From positions 1-33,007 of the forward strand of contig NW_021832064.1 in assembly GCF_006345805.1 (NCBI RefSeq): DNA of 33,007 nt, in the 5' to 3' direction. The first letter of the stretch is position 1; every line of letters starts with the position of its first letter. Below the pieces are notes generated by a model. The model made no database searches. It was not told where the DNA came from and saw only the letters and a list, made by a program, of their open reading frames with translations. The position numbers and the translations under genes were made by a program. Below are positions 1 to 11,545 of the stretch, in pieces. Source of the stretch: Octopus sinensis. Taxonomy: Eukaryota.

Positions 1-450
1 TGGGTAGCGTAGGCATGCTAAACTAAAAGAATGATAAAAATGTAGATTCAACCGGAAAAAAAAAATAGCGAGATTTGTTAGCGGTCATAGGAAGCAGGTC
101 TTTTTCTCCAGGGTGGAGGGCCCAACATTTAAACTTAATACAGTACTTAATCTCAAACTTAAGAACATAAATAACTAAAGAATAAATTTAAGAAAATCGG
201 GAATACTCTCCGCAGCTGCCTAACTGATATCAACGTGGTTTCGACGTCACAACGGATCCCGTTTCCCTTCAATATTGCTAGATTATTTCACCCTTGAACT
301 ACTTGGAAGAACAAAAATGTAGTAATTTGTTAACCAAGCGAAATATTGCCAGGACACAAACTTGCAACTCGCAAACAGTTACACCAGACAATATCTTTTG
401 AGGAATAAGAGCGCTACAAAGCAGTGTAGATAGTAGCTTCGTAATTCATC

Positions 451-900
451 ATGCAGACACACACACACATATACTTACATATACACACATTTACACATAC
501 TCTTGCATATATAAATACACACACATTTACACATACTCTTGCATATATATATACACATACAGTTACACACCTATATACATATATACACATACAGTTACAC
601 ACCTATATACATATATACACATACAGTTACACACCTATATACATATATACACATACAGTTACACACCTATATACATATATACACATACAGTTACACACCT
701 ATATACATATATACACATACATTTACACGCCTATATACATATATACACACCTATATACATATATACACATACATTTACACATACATACACACATACATTC
801 ACTCATGTACATACAGAGACATTTACACACATACATACACAGATACACCTACATACAGACACTTACACACACACACACACACACACACACACTTATATAT
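451..900. repeat. CA/TA-rich minisatellite (about 32-bp unit, atacacatacagttacacacctatatacatat, 5-6 copies) plus (CA)n
   Basis: Unit repeats with 32-nt period from about 551 to 745, and (CA)n lies at about 863-892. This explains ORFs 414/451/539. Confidence 0.9.
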
Positions 901-1327
901 ACACACATGCTAGTATGCTATCCATTATGTGACCGGCAGCTTGTTAAGTATACTTACGCCATAATGGAAAATTTCAGGAAATAGCATACAACAATTTTAA
1001 TTTATCAATTTCTTGATATTCATACAGTATGATGAAACGATTATTAATTTCCAAAAGGTGCATCTTTATTACTTTTTCATTTAATCATTATCTTACACCT
1101 CCTCTTCTCTATTTCTATGTTTCTTTCTCTCTCAATGTAGATTTCACGTTATTTACTCATTGCCTGCCATCAAGCTTAGGATGTGCACTGATGCGGCAAC
1201 TCCTTGTAACTTAATCTGTTTTTCTATAAATCTATCGGTCATCTGTCTACATTGTAAAATGTGAGTGGAGAAATAAATGAACCAAAGAATATATATTTTA
1301 TTATTATTATTATTATTTTGTTGTTGA

Positions 1328-1520
1328 GGCGACGAGCTGGCAGAATCGCTAGCACACTGATCTAAATGTAGTTCGACTTTGCTTTTCATCCTTTCGGGGT
1401 CGATGAGATTAGTACCTGTTACGTACTGGGGTCGATGTAATCGACTTAATTCTCTCCTCCCAAATTTCAGGCCTTGTGTCTTCAGTAGAAAGGATTATTA
1501 TTATTATTATTATTATTATT
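1328..1520 (+). mobile_element. tRNA-derived SINE family A, internally deleted copy with (ATT)n tail
   Basis: Head ggcgacgagctggcagaatcgctagc, body cctttcggggtcgat...aatcgactt, tail aaatttcaggccttgtg...gattattatt, all shared with many copies in the window. Confidence 0.85.
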
Positions 1521-1522
1521 AG

Positions 1523-1794
1523 GGCAGCGAGCTGGCAGAAACGTTAGCACGCCGGGCGAAATGCTTAGCAGTATTTCGTCTGCCGCTACGTTCTGAGTTC
1601 AAATACCGTCGAGGTCGACTTTGCCTTTCATCCTTTCGGGGTCGATAAATTAAGTACCAGTTACGCACTGGAGTCGATATAATCGACTTAAACTCTTTGT
1701 CTGTCCTTGTTTGTCTCCTCCATGTTTAGCCCCTTGTGGGCAGTAAAGAAATAGGTATTTCGTCTGCCTTTAGGTTCTGAGTTCAAATTCCGCC
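1523..1794 (+). mobile_element. SINE family A with start of a second internal unit
   Basis: Head ggcagcgagctggcagaaacgttagcacgccgggcgaaatgc and B-box-like gagttcaaat. After aaagaaata the body restarts at ggtatttcgtc. Confidence 0.9.
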
Positions 1795-2871
1795 CATAGA
1801 ATACGCACCAGATTTAATATGTAATTGGGTCAATTTTTTTTTCCACTAAAACTTCTGAAAGCGATGCTACAGTATGGCTGCAGTCCAATGAATGAAACCA
1901 GTAAAAGAGTTGGTGTCTGATATTAACTGTACTGTTTTTAATTATTATATTTCTTCATAAGTATGAGAAGCAATAATCACGTCGGCTAGAATCTCATTAG
2001 TTCATGAGATATGACGTGGTTCTGACGTGGCTAGTTTTCTATTTATTATCATTCATTCTGCCAGTCAGACATGATTCACTAACTCATTCGCCATTAACAT
2101 GGTATTTCATTCATTATTCATTCATTGTTTCACTCATCCATCCTCTTAATCTTTCAATCATTCGCCCATTCAATCTTACACACAAACAGTCATATACAAA
2201 CACTCACAAATGTGTTCTTTTGAGCAGATAATCATCATTGATTTTTAAGGATCCGTTACCTTCGTCGCCAGGTAATAAATATTTATTTATTGAAGTCCAT
2301 AAATATTCCTGCTTTTCATTTGCTTTCCTTTGTCTCCGCAGTTCTTCACAGAAATGTCATTTCTTGCCTGACTACGTTAGTTTATAGTTTCGGTTTTATC
2401 TCGATATTTTCTCGCCGATCGAAGAAACTCCTTCATATTTTCAAAACCGAAGTCTTTGTTGCATGATAGGGCGGTACCATCTAGATCCTCCGCCCTACAC
2501 CACCAGCATAGAAATGGTCAGAGTGAATGATAAGATGGCAGGAACTGGTTAATGCGACCCTTTTGGACGCTGCAGCGTCAAAAACCTCAACGTCTCTGAA
2601 CTTACTCCGCAAATTAATTGCAGAAATGGATGCCTCGACCCAGAAATGAAGTGCTCAGGAGATATATCCATGATAAGTACGACCAATTTAGTCCAAGAAG
2701 CTGAGGTTTGTGGGAATTAAACTTTTAGTATGCTCATATTTGCTTTCCCTAGAGGTCGAGGAAATTTTGTGGTAATGTGGGATTTAGGTGCATTACGAAA
2801 TACCACCTAATACTTTTTATTTTTACAGGCGCGCTAATCTATTATTATTATTATCATCATTATTATTATTA

Positions 2872-3059
2872 AAATGCTCAGCGGCATTTCGTACGACTTT
2901 ACGTTCCGAGTTCAAATTCCGCCGAGGTCGACTTTGCCTTTCATCCTTTTGAGGGTCGATAAATCAAGTACATTGAAACACTGGGGTCGATATAATCGAC
3001 TTATCCAAAATTTCAGGCCTTGTGCCTATAATACCAAGGATTATTATTATTATCATTAT
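2872..3059 (+). mobile_element. 5'-truncated SINE family A
   Basis: Matches the family A body and tail (gagttcaaattccgccgaggtcgactttgcc...aaatttcaggccttgtgcc, then (ATT)n). Confidence 0.85.
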
Positions 3060-3130
3060 TCTCTTGAAATTTTGCGCTAACTGCACCCCCTCGCTATGCC
3101 ACTATGCTTGACTAGGCATTCTTTAGCTGT

Positions 3131-3384
3131 AAGTGTGAAAAGTTTGTGCAAACTGATTTCTCGACATAAGACGTTATTGTCGGCAGTTTACGGGAAGTGC
3201 GTAAATATAAGCATATCCTAAAAATACCAAAAAATATGTATATGCATGTGTGTGTGCTAATCGCCAGCACACAAAAGACATTGTCCGACGCAAAAATATA
3301 AAAAGGAAAAATGAAAATTGTCCGCGTAAACTGCCGAGAATGACGTCATATGTCGGTAAATCAGATGACACAAGTTTGACACTT
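3131..3384. mobile_element. Old MITE-like element with about 65-bp imperfect inverted arms
   Basis: Left arm 3131-3195 (…ctgatttctcgacataagacgttattgtcggcagtttacggga) is the diverged reverse complement of right arm 3321-3384 (tccgcgtaaactgccgagaatgacgtcatatgtcggtaaatcag…). Confidence 0.65.
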
Positions 3385-3971
3385 GCCATACTTAAAACGA
3401 AAGAATAGCCTTGACTGAACTCTTCAACAAAACAATCAATCTTTTCTGCTTGGACAGCACCCAATTAAAATTCTCATAACGAGTTCTCCGTATAGACAAT
3501 AGTGCAACGTTACAATCACATGCTGAAGCAAGGCTGTCGTTGAAGGAGGCTTCTCGACTAATCGCACTTAGAAGATGTTGGCGAGTAACTTCTCTCCACA
3601 GAACGCCACCCGTTCTGTAATTCTTTCATTGGTAACATTGTATGTTTTTTTTTTATTTCCTATTTTTTTTCTGTTGCAGTTCTTTTAAGAGCAAATTAGC
3701 CTGCGCAATTTGTGCATAGCTTTCAGTGATATAAAAAATTTAAATAAATATTGTGGGCGTAAGTGTGTGTAAAAATCATTTCTGAATTTTATGTTGTGAA
3801 TGTATTTATTAAAACAGCATATTTACGTTGTTAGATATTCAAATGTGTATCAACATTGCTTTATGTAAAGGTGTGTACATTTGGGCTAAAAACAAACTTG
3901 GAAACGATGCCGCTAAATATTTTACCCTAGAAGGGAGCATTTCTGTTCGCTCACCGCGTTAATATAACAAT

Positions 3972-4513
3972 AATACTTTCTACTACGAGAGGCATAAATC
4001 CTGAAATTTTTAAGGGAAGGGCGGGTAGACCATTACATCATCCCCAATACTCAGCTAAGGCGGCGAGCTGGCAGAAACGTTAGCACGCCGGGCGAAATGC
4101 GTAGCCGTATTTCGTTTGCCGGTACGTTCTGAGTTCAAATTCCGCCGAGGTTGACTTTGCCTTTCATCCTTTCGGGGTCGATTAAATAATTACTAGTTAC
4201 GCACTAGGGTCGATATAATCGACTTAATCCGTTTGTTTGTCCCCTCTGTGTGTAGCCCCTTGTGGGCAGTAAAGAAATAGGTATTTCGTCTGCTGTTACG
4301 TTCTGAGTTCAAATACCGCCGAGGTCGACTTTGCTTTTCATCCTTTCGGGGTCGATTAAATAAGTATCAGTTACGTACTGGGGTCGATGTAATCGACTTA
4401 ATCCCTTTGTTCCCCTTTATGTTAAGACTCTAGTGGGGAATAACGATACAAATACTCAACTAGTACGTATTTCATCGACCCCGAAAGGGGAAGTGGCAAA
4501 GTCGACCTCGGTG
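3972..4513 (-). mobile_element. SINE family A-type copy (minus strand) interrupted by a younger plus-strand copy
   Basis: 3972-4057 is the reverse-complement tail and 4451-4513 is the reverse-complement body (atcgaccccgaaagg...aaagtcgacctcgg). Confidence 0.7.
4058..4450 (+). mobile_element. SINE family A, two internal units, 12-bp TSD
   Basis: Full head at 4059 and second unit at 4281. Flanks are aatactcagcta (4046-4057) and aatactcaacta (4451-4462). Confidence 0.9.
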
Positions 4514-4734
4514 ACATGGGAATCTTGATCAAGAAGAAGAATTATAACGGAAATTACATCCAACATTGATTGCAAACAATTGAACGTCCATTGTTCCGGA
4601 TTCAGTCCAACTGTATGGCACCTTGGTCAGCATTGTAACTTTTTATAAATGAATGGAAATAAAGAATAAACAGAATCACGAGGAGTTGTTGAAAGAAGTT
4701 ATATGAATGATAGGTTGGGCCAGATACGCTATGC

Positions 4735-4908
4735 TGGTTTCAGTAACACTGTGCCGAAGCTGGAGCACCGCCTTGAGCAATTTTAGGTGGAACGAATCGA
4801 CCTCTACATTTTTTTAACCCTGAAACGTTCTCCCAGACTCTTTTACCGAGCCGCTGTTACAGGGACGTAAACATGCAGGCAGAGGTCAACAGAAGTGGTG
4901 AGGGACAA

Positions 4909-4940
<32 letters not shown>

Positions 4941-5033
4941 ACATATATATGTGAGCGTCGGGCTTCTTTCAGTGTCCGTCTATCAAATCCACTGACAAAG
5001 ATTTGGTCGGCCTGGGGTTATAGTAGAAGACAC
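4735..5033 (-). mobile_element. SINE family B, 5'-truncated
   Basis: Reverse complement of the body and tail seen at 7343-7750 (ctggagcaccgcc, gggacaaacaca, ggcttctttcagt.tccgtctatcaaatccac). Confidence 0.8.
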
Positions 5034-5826
5034 CTGAGCGTGGAGTAGGGCTACTCCTAACTCCTACCTCGCTGGATCAGGAGAAAACCTCAGAAAGTCT
5101 CATGCATCAGATACCTGTTATTAATTCCCCTCATTTCTTTTCCCTTACTAAAATCATTCGAGAAAGAGAACGGCCCTTTCTTTCGACTCACAATTAACTA
5201 TTGTAATCTTGTCTCCGCAATTTCACTCGGGTTTAATTTACGAGGGTCTCTAACATTTTTCCGAATAATGCATTGCTTTCATTTGTTAACGTGAGTGGTG
5301 TGTCTGTGTGTGTGAGCGCACATTCAAGCGTGTTCTTGCTACTCTCAAATTCATTTTAAAAATTCTATTAAGTCAATATATTTTGCTGTGTGACAAAACA
5401 CGCACACACATAAAAAAAGAAAAACGAACATGAATTTCATATAATTTTTTATGAGAAAAATACCTGTGTGGAAAAGTGGTTTTTTTTTTTTGGTTTTTTT
5501 AATATTTTGGATGGGGGCGTTCCGGTGTGTTATAGTGGTTAGACATCATTTTTACGTTTTAACAAGAAGGAAAAATTTACAAGGTCAACAAACTACAAAA
5601 AAAAAAAAAAATAATAATAATAATAATAAAAGACTTACCTTATTAGTTTTCGGAAGAAATCAAATTCAATGGTTAAGTATATCCCTTGTTTGCAAAGTAA
5701 TCCAAAAGTTTGAACAGAAATCTTTCATTTACGTTTGTTCAGACCAAGAGCTTTCACAGCTCAAAAAGAAACAAATCTCACAACTTTCGCAAACCAAATG
5801 CATAGAAGAATTTGTGTGAATAAACC

Positions 5827-6035
5827 ATTTCTTCATTATCTTCTCCTTCTTCTTCTTCTTCTCCATCTTCTTCTTCTTTTCCATTTTCTTCTTCTTCTTT
5901 TCCATTATCTTCTCCTTCTTCTTCTTCTTCTTCTTCTTCTTCTTTTCCATTTTCTTCTTCTTCTTTTCCATTTTCTTCTTCTTCTTCTTTTTTTTTCTTC
6001 TTCTTCTCTATTTTCTTCTTCTTCTTCTTTTTTCT
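5827..6035. repeat. (CTT)n-based polypyrimidine simple repeat
   Basis: Runs of cttcttctt interspersed with ttccatt. This is the source of the poly-Leu and poly-Lys ORFs. Confidence 0.95.
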
Positions 6036-6084
6036 TAAGAAGTTGCTGCTGCTGAAGGTGGAATTATTATTAAGGCAAGAGTAA

Positions 6085-6192
6085 GGCGGCTAGATAGCAG
6101 AACCGTTAGCAAGCCCGGTGAAATGTTTAATGTCATTTCGCTGAGTTCGAATTCCACCGAGGTCGTTTTTGTGCTTTTCATCCTTTCGGAGT
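6085..6192 (+). mobile_element. SINE family A fragment
   Basis: ggcggctagatagcagaaccgttagc...gagttcgaattccaccgaggtcg...catcctttcgg. Confidence 0.75.
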
Positions 6193-6624
6193 CTTTTTAT
6201 TTTTTTAATTTTTTTAATTACCTATACAGGCTACATAAAAAAAAAAGCTTGTTGACAAATACAAAATATAAAGACAATACAAAATGAGATAAAACACAAA
6301 CTTGGTGAATTAAAATTTTACAAAAAGTAGATGAAACTAGAAGGAAAAAAAATAAAAGAAGCGAATGATAATATGAAAGAATGAAAATGAGGCGCGAGGG
6401 GTTACATTTTTTGCAGTCAAAGTCACATTATTATATTATTTTCCAGTCTTTCCCTTTTTCACATTAAAAGAACCTTCACTTCGACAACTTCATTCATTTT
6501 AACACATCGTATTCAACTACTGAAGATGGAGTCTCATACAACCAAAACCCTTTTATCACTTTCATGTGTCCCCCGCAAAAAAAAAACCATCCATAAATCT
6601 CTCGAACTTTTCATCGGGTATCAT

Positions 6625-7061
6625 CGATCTTTTCAGTTTGAACGGCAGTATTTTTAAATAATTTCCGCGTAACTAAAAAATTTTTAACTTCGTATACTGG
6701 TAGAATGTGTTTATAAAACATCTTTTTCTCTTGGCTTTATTGAGAAAATTCTATATTTTGTAAGATATTTATTGTTTTTTTCTTCAATTTCTGCAATTTC
6801 AACCAATCAATGACTTCTATTGAGGTAAAAACCATTCTGTGCCGTATGAATATGTTCCTCGTTTAAGAAACAGATTGGGTTTATTTACATTTGTGAAGAA
6901 AAAAAGATACCCTTCCCCTCACCCCTAACCCTAACCAACCCTAACTAACCCTAACCCTAAAACAGATTGAAATGCAATAGATCGATACTAGGGTCATAAT
7001 TATGGGTAACAATTTCATATGACACCGCTAGAGAAAACTGCCGTTCAAACCGAAAAGACCC
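6625..7061. mobile_element. MITE with about 28-bp TIRs and 8-bp TSD (Merlin-like), containing degenerate (CCCTAA)n
   Basis: Left TIR cgatcttttcagtttgaacggcagt and right TIR actgccgttcaaaccgaaaagaccc. TSD ggtatcat at 6617-6624 and 7062-7069. The superfamily call is inferred from the GG terminus plus 8-bp TSD. Confidence 0.8.
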
Positions 7062-7342
7062 GGTATCATAATACGCCTATCATCCGCATCGAATTCTTCT
7101 CCGCCGCAGCGGTTTTTGCGTAGCTCGCCATAATACGGCTAAGTTCCCCTTTTCACACAAAATGGAGAAATAAAGAACAGCAAAACCACAACTACAGTAG
7201 GAAATAAGGGTCTCGCGCGATAACAAAGTTCAACAAGTAACAGTTGAATAATTTGGTCGATATAATCGACTCATTCCGTCTCCTAAAATGGCTGCCCTTC
7301 TGGCAAAATCTGAAACCATTATTACTATTATTATTATTATTA

Positions 7343-7750
7343 GGCGCAGGAGTGGCTGTGTGGTAAGTAGCTTGCTTACCAACCACATGGTTCCGGGTTC
7401 AGTCCCACTGCGTGGCATCTTGGGCAAGTGTCTCCTGCTATAGCCCCGGGCCGACCAATGCCTTGTGAGTGGATTTGATAGACGGAAACTGAAAGAAGCC
7501 TGTCGTATATATGTATATAATATATGTGTGTGTATATGTTTGTGTGTCTGTGTTTGTCCCCCTAGCCTTGCTTGACAACCGATGCTGGTGTGTTTACGTC
7601 CCCGTCACTTAGCGGTTCGGCAAAAGAGACCGATAGAATAAGTACTGGGCTTACAAAGAATAAGTCCCGGGGTTGATATGCTCGACTAAAGCCGGTGCTC
7701 CAGCATGGCCGCAGTCAAATGACTGAAACAAGTAAAAGAGTAAAAAGAGT
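7343..7750 (+). mobile_element. SINE family B, full length (tRNA head, CORE-like central domain)
   Basis: A-box tggctgtgtgg, B-box gggttcagtccc, central tcttgggcaagtgtct, internal (TG)n, tail aacaagtaaaagagtaaaaagag. Confidence 0.9.
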
Positions 7751-7767
7751 AATATTATTATTTAAGA

Positions 7768-8146
7768 TGGCGAGCTGGCAGAAGCGTTAGCACACAGGGC
7801 GAAATGATTAGTGGCATCTCTTTCGACTTTAGGTTCAGATTCCGTCGTTGTCAGCTTCAACTTTCATAATTTTTGCATCGATAAAATAAGTAACAGTTGA
7901 ACACTGGAGTCGAAGTAAGCGACTTAACCCTTCCACCGAAACTGTTGGCCAAAATATGAACCATTACTGAAGCGACGAATAAGTGGTGGGGTCGTTAGCG
8001 CGCCGGACGAAATGCTTGGATGCACTTCGTACGGGTTTCTTTTTCTGAGTTCAAATTCCGCCGAGTTCTAAATTATTTTTCATCGTTTCCGGATCGATCA
8101 ATTTAGTACCACTGAAACACTGGGGTCGATACAATCGATTAGTCCC
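7768..8146 (+). mobile_element. Two diverged SINE family A copies (about 7768-7965 and 7990-8146)
   Basis: Heads ggcgagctggcagaagcgttagc and tcgttagcgcgccggacgaaatgc, with bodies matching family A. Confidence 0.75.
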
Positions 8147-9052
8147 CTCATATATGAGTACAGGACGTAACAAAACGTAAACAACATGAAATACGAAGAC
8201 AAATTCGGGTATGCAAATAACGAGATAAATATATTGCATACAAAACAAGTAACATAATGAACGACCATTCATCAGTTGTCGGATGTCCATCGATTCCTCA
8301 TTCCGAGCAATTAACGACATTGTGAGGCTCTGAAAGGCAGTTACTCCCTCAAACCGAAATGAAATTTCGGACTAGAGGAGGGTCAAAGTTGGTAATATGA
8401 AAGGGGAAATATGACAGGGGAAATATACAACAAAAGAAATGAAAACAAACATGGAGGGTCGCTACGCCAGTTGAAGCAAGTTAGTGAACGCTGGGTGAAT
8501 ATTGTCTTTGACAAAAGAAAAGTTAGAAGAGGAGACAGATAAAAATGAGTCTGGTCTGTAAGACTGACGGAAAGAAAAGTAAGATCATCGCGTGAGGAAA
8601 AGAAAGATGGATGATGGTCACGTATGATCAATGAGAGAGAGAGTAGAGGAGAAAAGGGGAAGAGAGAGAACAGTACAGGGTAGAGTCGCATCAAAATTAT
8701 GAAGACAAACTTACCTGGGAATAGTTGCGTGGCGTTCAAACATATAATAATAGAAATAATATATATATATATATATAATATACATATATATATATCACAT
8801 TAATTTGACAACAAACCATCACTTTATTGTGCTGCTACTGTATAAATATTTCTGAGTTATTTAGAAATGCGATATTTCTAATTTTGTAGATCACTGAATG
8901 CATTTCACTTGAAATTTGTATGTTTTCAAAGGTGAATAAGCATCGACAGCTACCAAGTCAATTTTTTCGTTGTTTTTTGAAGAACTCTAGCCTAGCCGAA
9001 TTTGTTTAGTCCGAATCCACCATTGTTGGGTGGTAGTGAATAATTGAGAAAA

Positions 9053-10376
9053 ATGAAAAGTTATGCAGAAGGTGCTTGAGATCGAGTTCTTCTAGACCCA
9101 AGTGTGCTAAAACAAGAGATGGTAGAGTGCAAAAGTGAGTTGATGGGAAAAATATAGTAGTATGGTGCAGAAGGAAAGGTCAAATATAGAACTGACTCTA
9201 CCAGAGGAGGAAAAAGCGAAAATGGAAAAGAAGAAGTTCATATTCAGAACATTTATCAAAGACTTGAAAAAGCGCCGCAGGAAGAGATAGAAGAAATTTT
9301 TGAAAGACAGATAGGAGACAGAATAGCGTTCTTTGCGAGCGGAAAAATATATGAGTGTACAGTGGTAAATTTTGTGTCAGGAGTGGAGACGGAAAAATCC
9401 TTCAACAGGATGATACAGGGAGAGAAATGGACATTGATGCCAAACTGTTTGGATAAACAAATTGTTAGAATTAGGTTGGTTAGAATTCCACTGTGGATAA
9501 TAGCGGCGATTTTTTATTCGGAGATAAGGAAGGAAAGTGAAGAGGTGAAGATGGACATGATAGGCCGAACTCAACAAGTGAAGTGATGGGCTACAGATTA
9601 GAAATTATTTGTGCAGTGAGCCCGAAATATTACAACGAATTACCTGAAATGTTGGAGCTACCAGATGAAGAAAAGCTGGAGATAATGTTGGAGGAGAGAA
9701 CCTCAAAGTGTAAAGAATGTGGTGAAAGAGGGCACTTGAGAAAGAAATACCCTAGGGAAGCAGTGGACAGTGTAGAGGATATATTCAGGAGAATATAATG
9801 GTGGAGAAACAGCAGAGACATGTAACAGAACAAGATGGGAATTTTGTGGAGGTGAAAGCAAGAAAAAGAAAGAGAAGGGAATCACCAACGATAGTAGAAC
9901 TGAAGAAGTACAAAGCAATGAAAGAGGTAATCCAACCTAGGACAAGAAACGGAGAAGATTCCTCAGTAGGATCACTAGTGAAAGACTTACAAGTACAAAA
10001 ACATTCAGACTCACAGACACACAAACACACAGACATACAAACTCACAGAAATATAGACAAACAGATACAAGATATCTTAGAATCACAGAAACCTTAAAGC
10101 ATAGACACACAGACGCACAAGTACACAAATACTCAGACACCGATACAAGCAGAGGAAAGCTAAGAATTACAGAAATACAGAGACAAAAAACACAAACATG
10201 CAAACAAACAAACAGAAGTAAGGTTTTTAGTGAAATATAGGACATCCAAAAGTTAAAAGAATCTCAAAATTGAAAGACATTATGAAAGAGGGAATTCACT
10301 GGGGCCGGAGGTCGATTTTGAACCTCGCGCCTCGGTGGTGAATTATATGGACGAAAAGGAAAAAGTGAAGTGGTAA
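9053..10376 (+). pseudogene. Degenerate ORF1/gag-like gene of an L1/Tx1-type non-LTR retroelement
   Basis: Starts MKSYAEGA and reads through stops and frameshifts as ...FIFRTFIKDLKK/APQEEIEEIFERQIG...VRIRLVRIPLWI.../LPEMLELPDEEKLEIMLEERTSKCKECGERGHLRKKYP. The last part (9709-9750) is a Cx2Cx4Hx4C zinc knuckle with the final C changed to Y. A basic KARKRKRR segment follows, and the last frame ends ...EKEKVKW* at 10376. Confidence 0.75.
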
Positions 10377-10760
10377 GTCGTAATTTATTTTAAAGACAAT
10401 GGAAGACAGAGGAAAACATGTAATTTCTTTATTACCCACCAGGGGGGCAGAGGAAAACATGTGGTTAAATTTTTTTGTTTTACAAAAAGAAAAAGAAAAT
10501 AAGTAAATCCTGTAATTACTGAATGAACACCTGTTTAAAACTTTTTTTTTAATTATGAGGCGAAAAGGAAAAGGGAAGTCGCGGTTTCGCCTCGGATCGG
10601 GGCTGGAAATTGCCATTTAAAATGTAAAGTTTTAAAGGGAAAAGTAAATCACGGTCTCATTTCGGAGCGGGAGCGAGATGACCGTCTCATTTTCATTGTA
10701 ATTTAATTCATTTTACATTCATCCTTTAATGTGGTTTTTGTTCCCGCATGTCTGTGTATG

Positions 10761-10794
<34 letters not shown>

Positions 10795-10798
<4 letters not shown>

Positions 10799-11545
10799 AT
10801 AAATATTAGGGAATAAATCCAAATTTACAGGGAAAAAATCAGATTTAGGATTAAATCCAATTTTTAATTTTTAAGTAGTGTTCGTTTTACCAAGTGAATA
10901 TAATTTTTAATTCCATTTATTCAATTTCTCCGTTCATAATTTTAAGTGATGTCCGTTTTCTAGAGCGTGAATGTGGGTTGTATGTGTGTGTGTGTGGGAG
11001 TATGAATAAGTATTGTGTTGAAGTATTTAGCTATTTTATTTATTTATAGTTGCCTAGACGTTTTTATGTGTATGTATAGGGATATATATATAGGGGTGTG
11101 ATTTAGTGTATGTAGTTAGATATGGTTATATATAATTAGGTATATGTGTATGGGTGTATATATAGTTTATTATTATATTATTATTATTTTTTTGTTTTGT
11201 TTTATATTTTATATTTTATATTTTATATTTTATATTTTATATTTAATTGTTGGTTTATTTTAGTTTATATATTGTTTATATATTGATTATATATGGATTA
11301 TATATAGGTTATATATGGATTATATATTTATATTTTTTCATTCATACTTTAATTATTTTAAAATTATTATTTTTATATTTTAAAATATTGATATTTTAGA
11401 TTGGAAGTCCACCTGAAGATTGTCGATCAAGACAAGAAACAATTGTAGTGGCGGTTTTTTTGACTATTTATTAAAATTTTATGTATTGATTAAGTCTTTC
11501 CTTGTTTGTTTTGCAAAATAATGGTTTTGTCTCTAATAATATTTT
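10795..11545 (+). mobile_element. Non-coding element between (TA)n tracts carrying a hammerhead motif (probable PLE terminal repeat derivative)
   Basis: (TA)n at about 10765-10794 and 11546-11573, an internal T-rich low-complexity tract, and the HHR at 11409-11451. Confidence 0.55.
11409..11451 (+). ncRNA. Minimal type I hammerhead ribozyme
   Basis: ccac-CTGAAGA-ttgtc(gatcaa)gacaa-GAAAC-aatt-GTA-gtgg. Stem I is 4 bp, stem II is 5 bp, stem III is the palindrome ACAATTGT, and the GUA site predicts cleavage after 11447. Confidence 0.8.

Noticed and set aside
6520-6545. CTGAAGA followed by tggagtctc
   Set aside because: There is no downstream GAAA or closing stems.
6922-6960. True telomere or chromosome-fusion scar
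   Set aside because: It is short, degenerate and enclosed within a TIR/TSD-bounded element.
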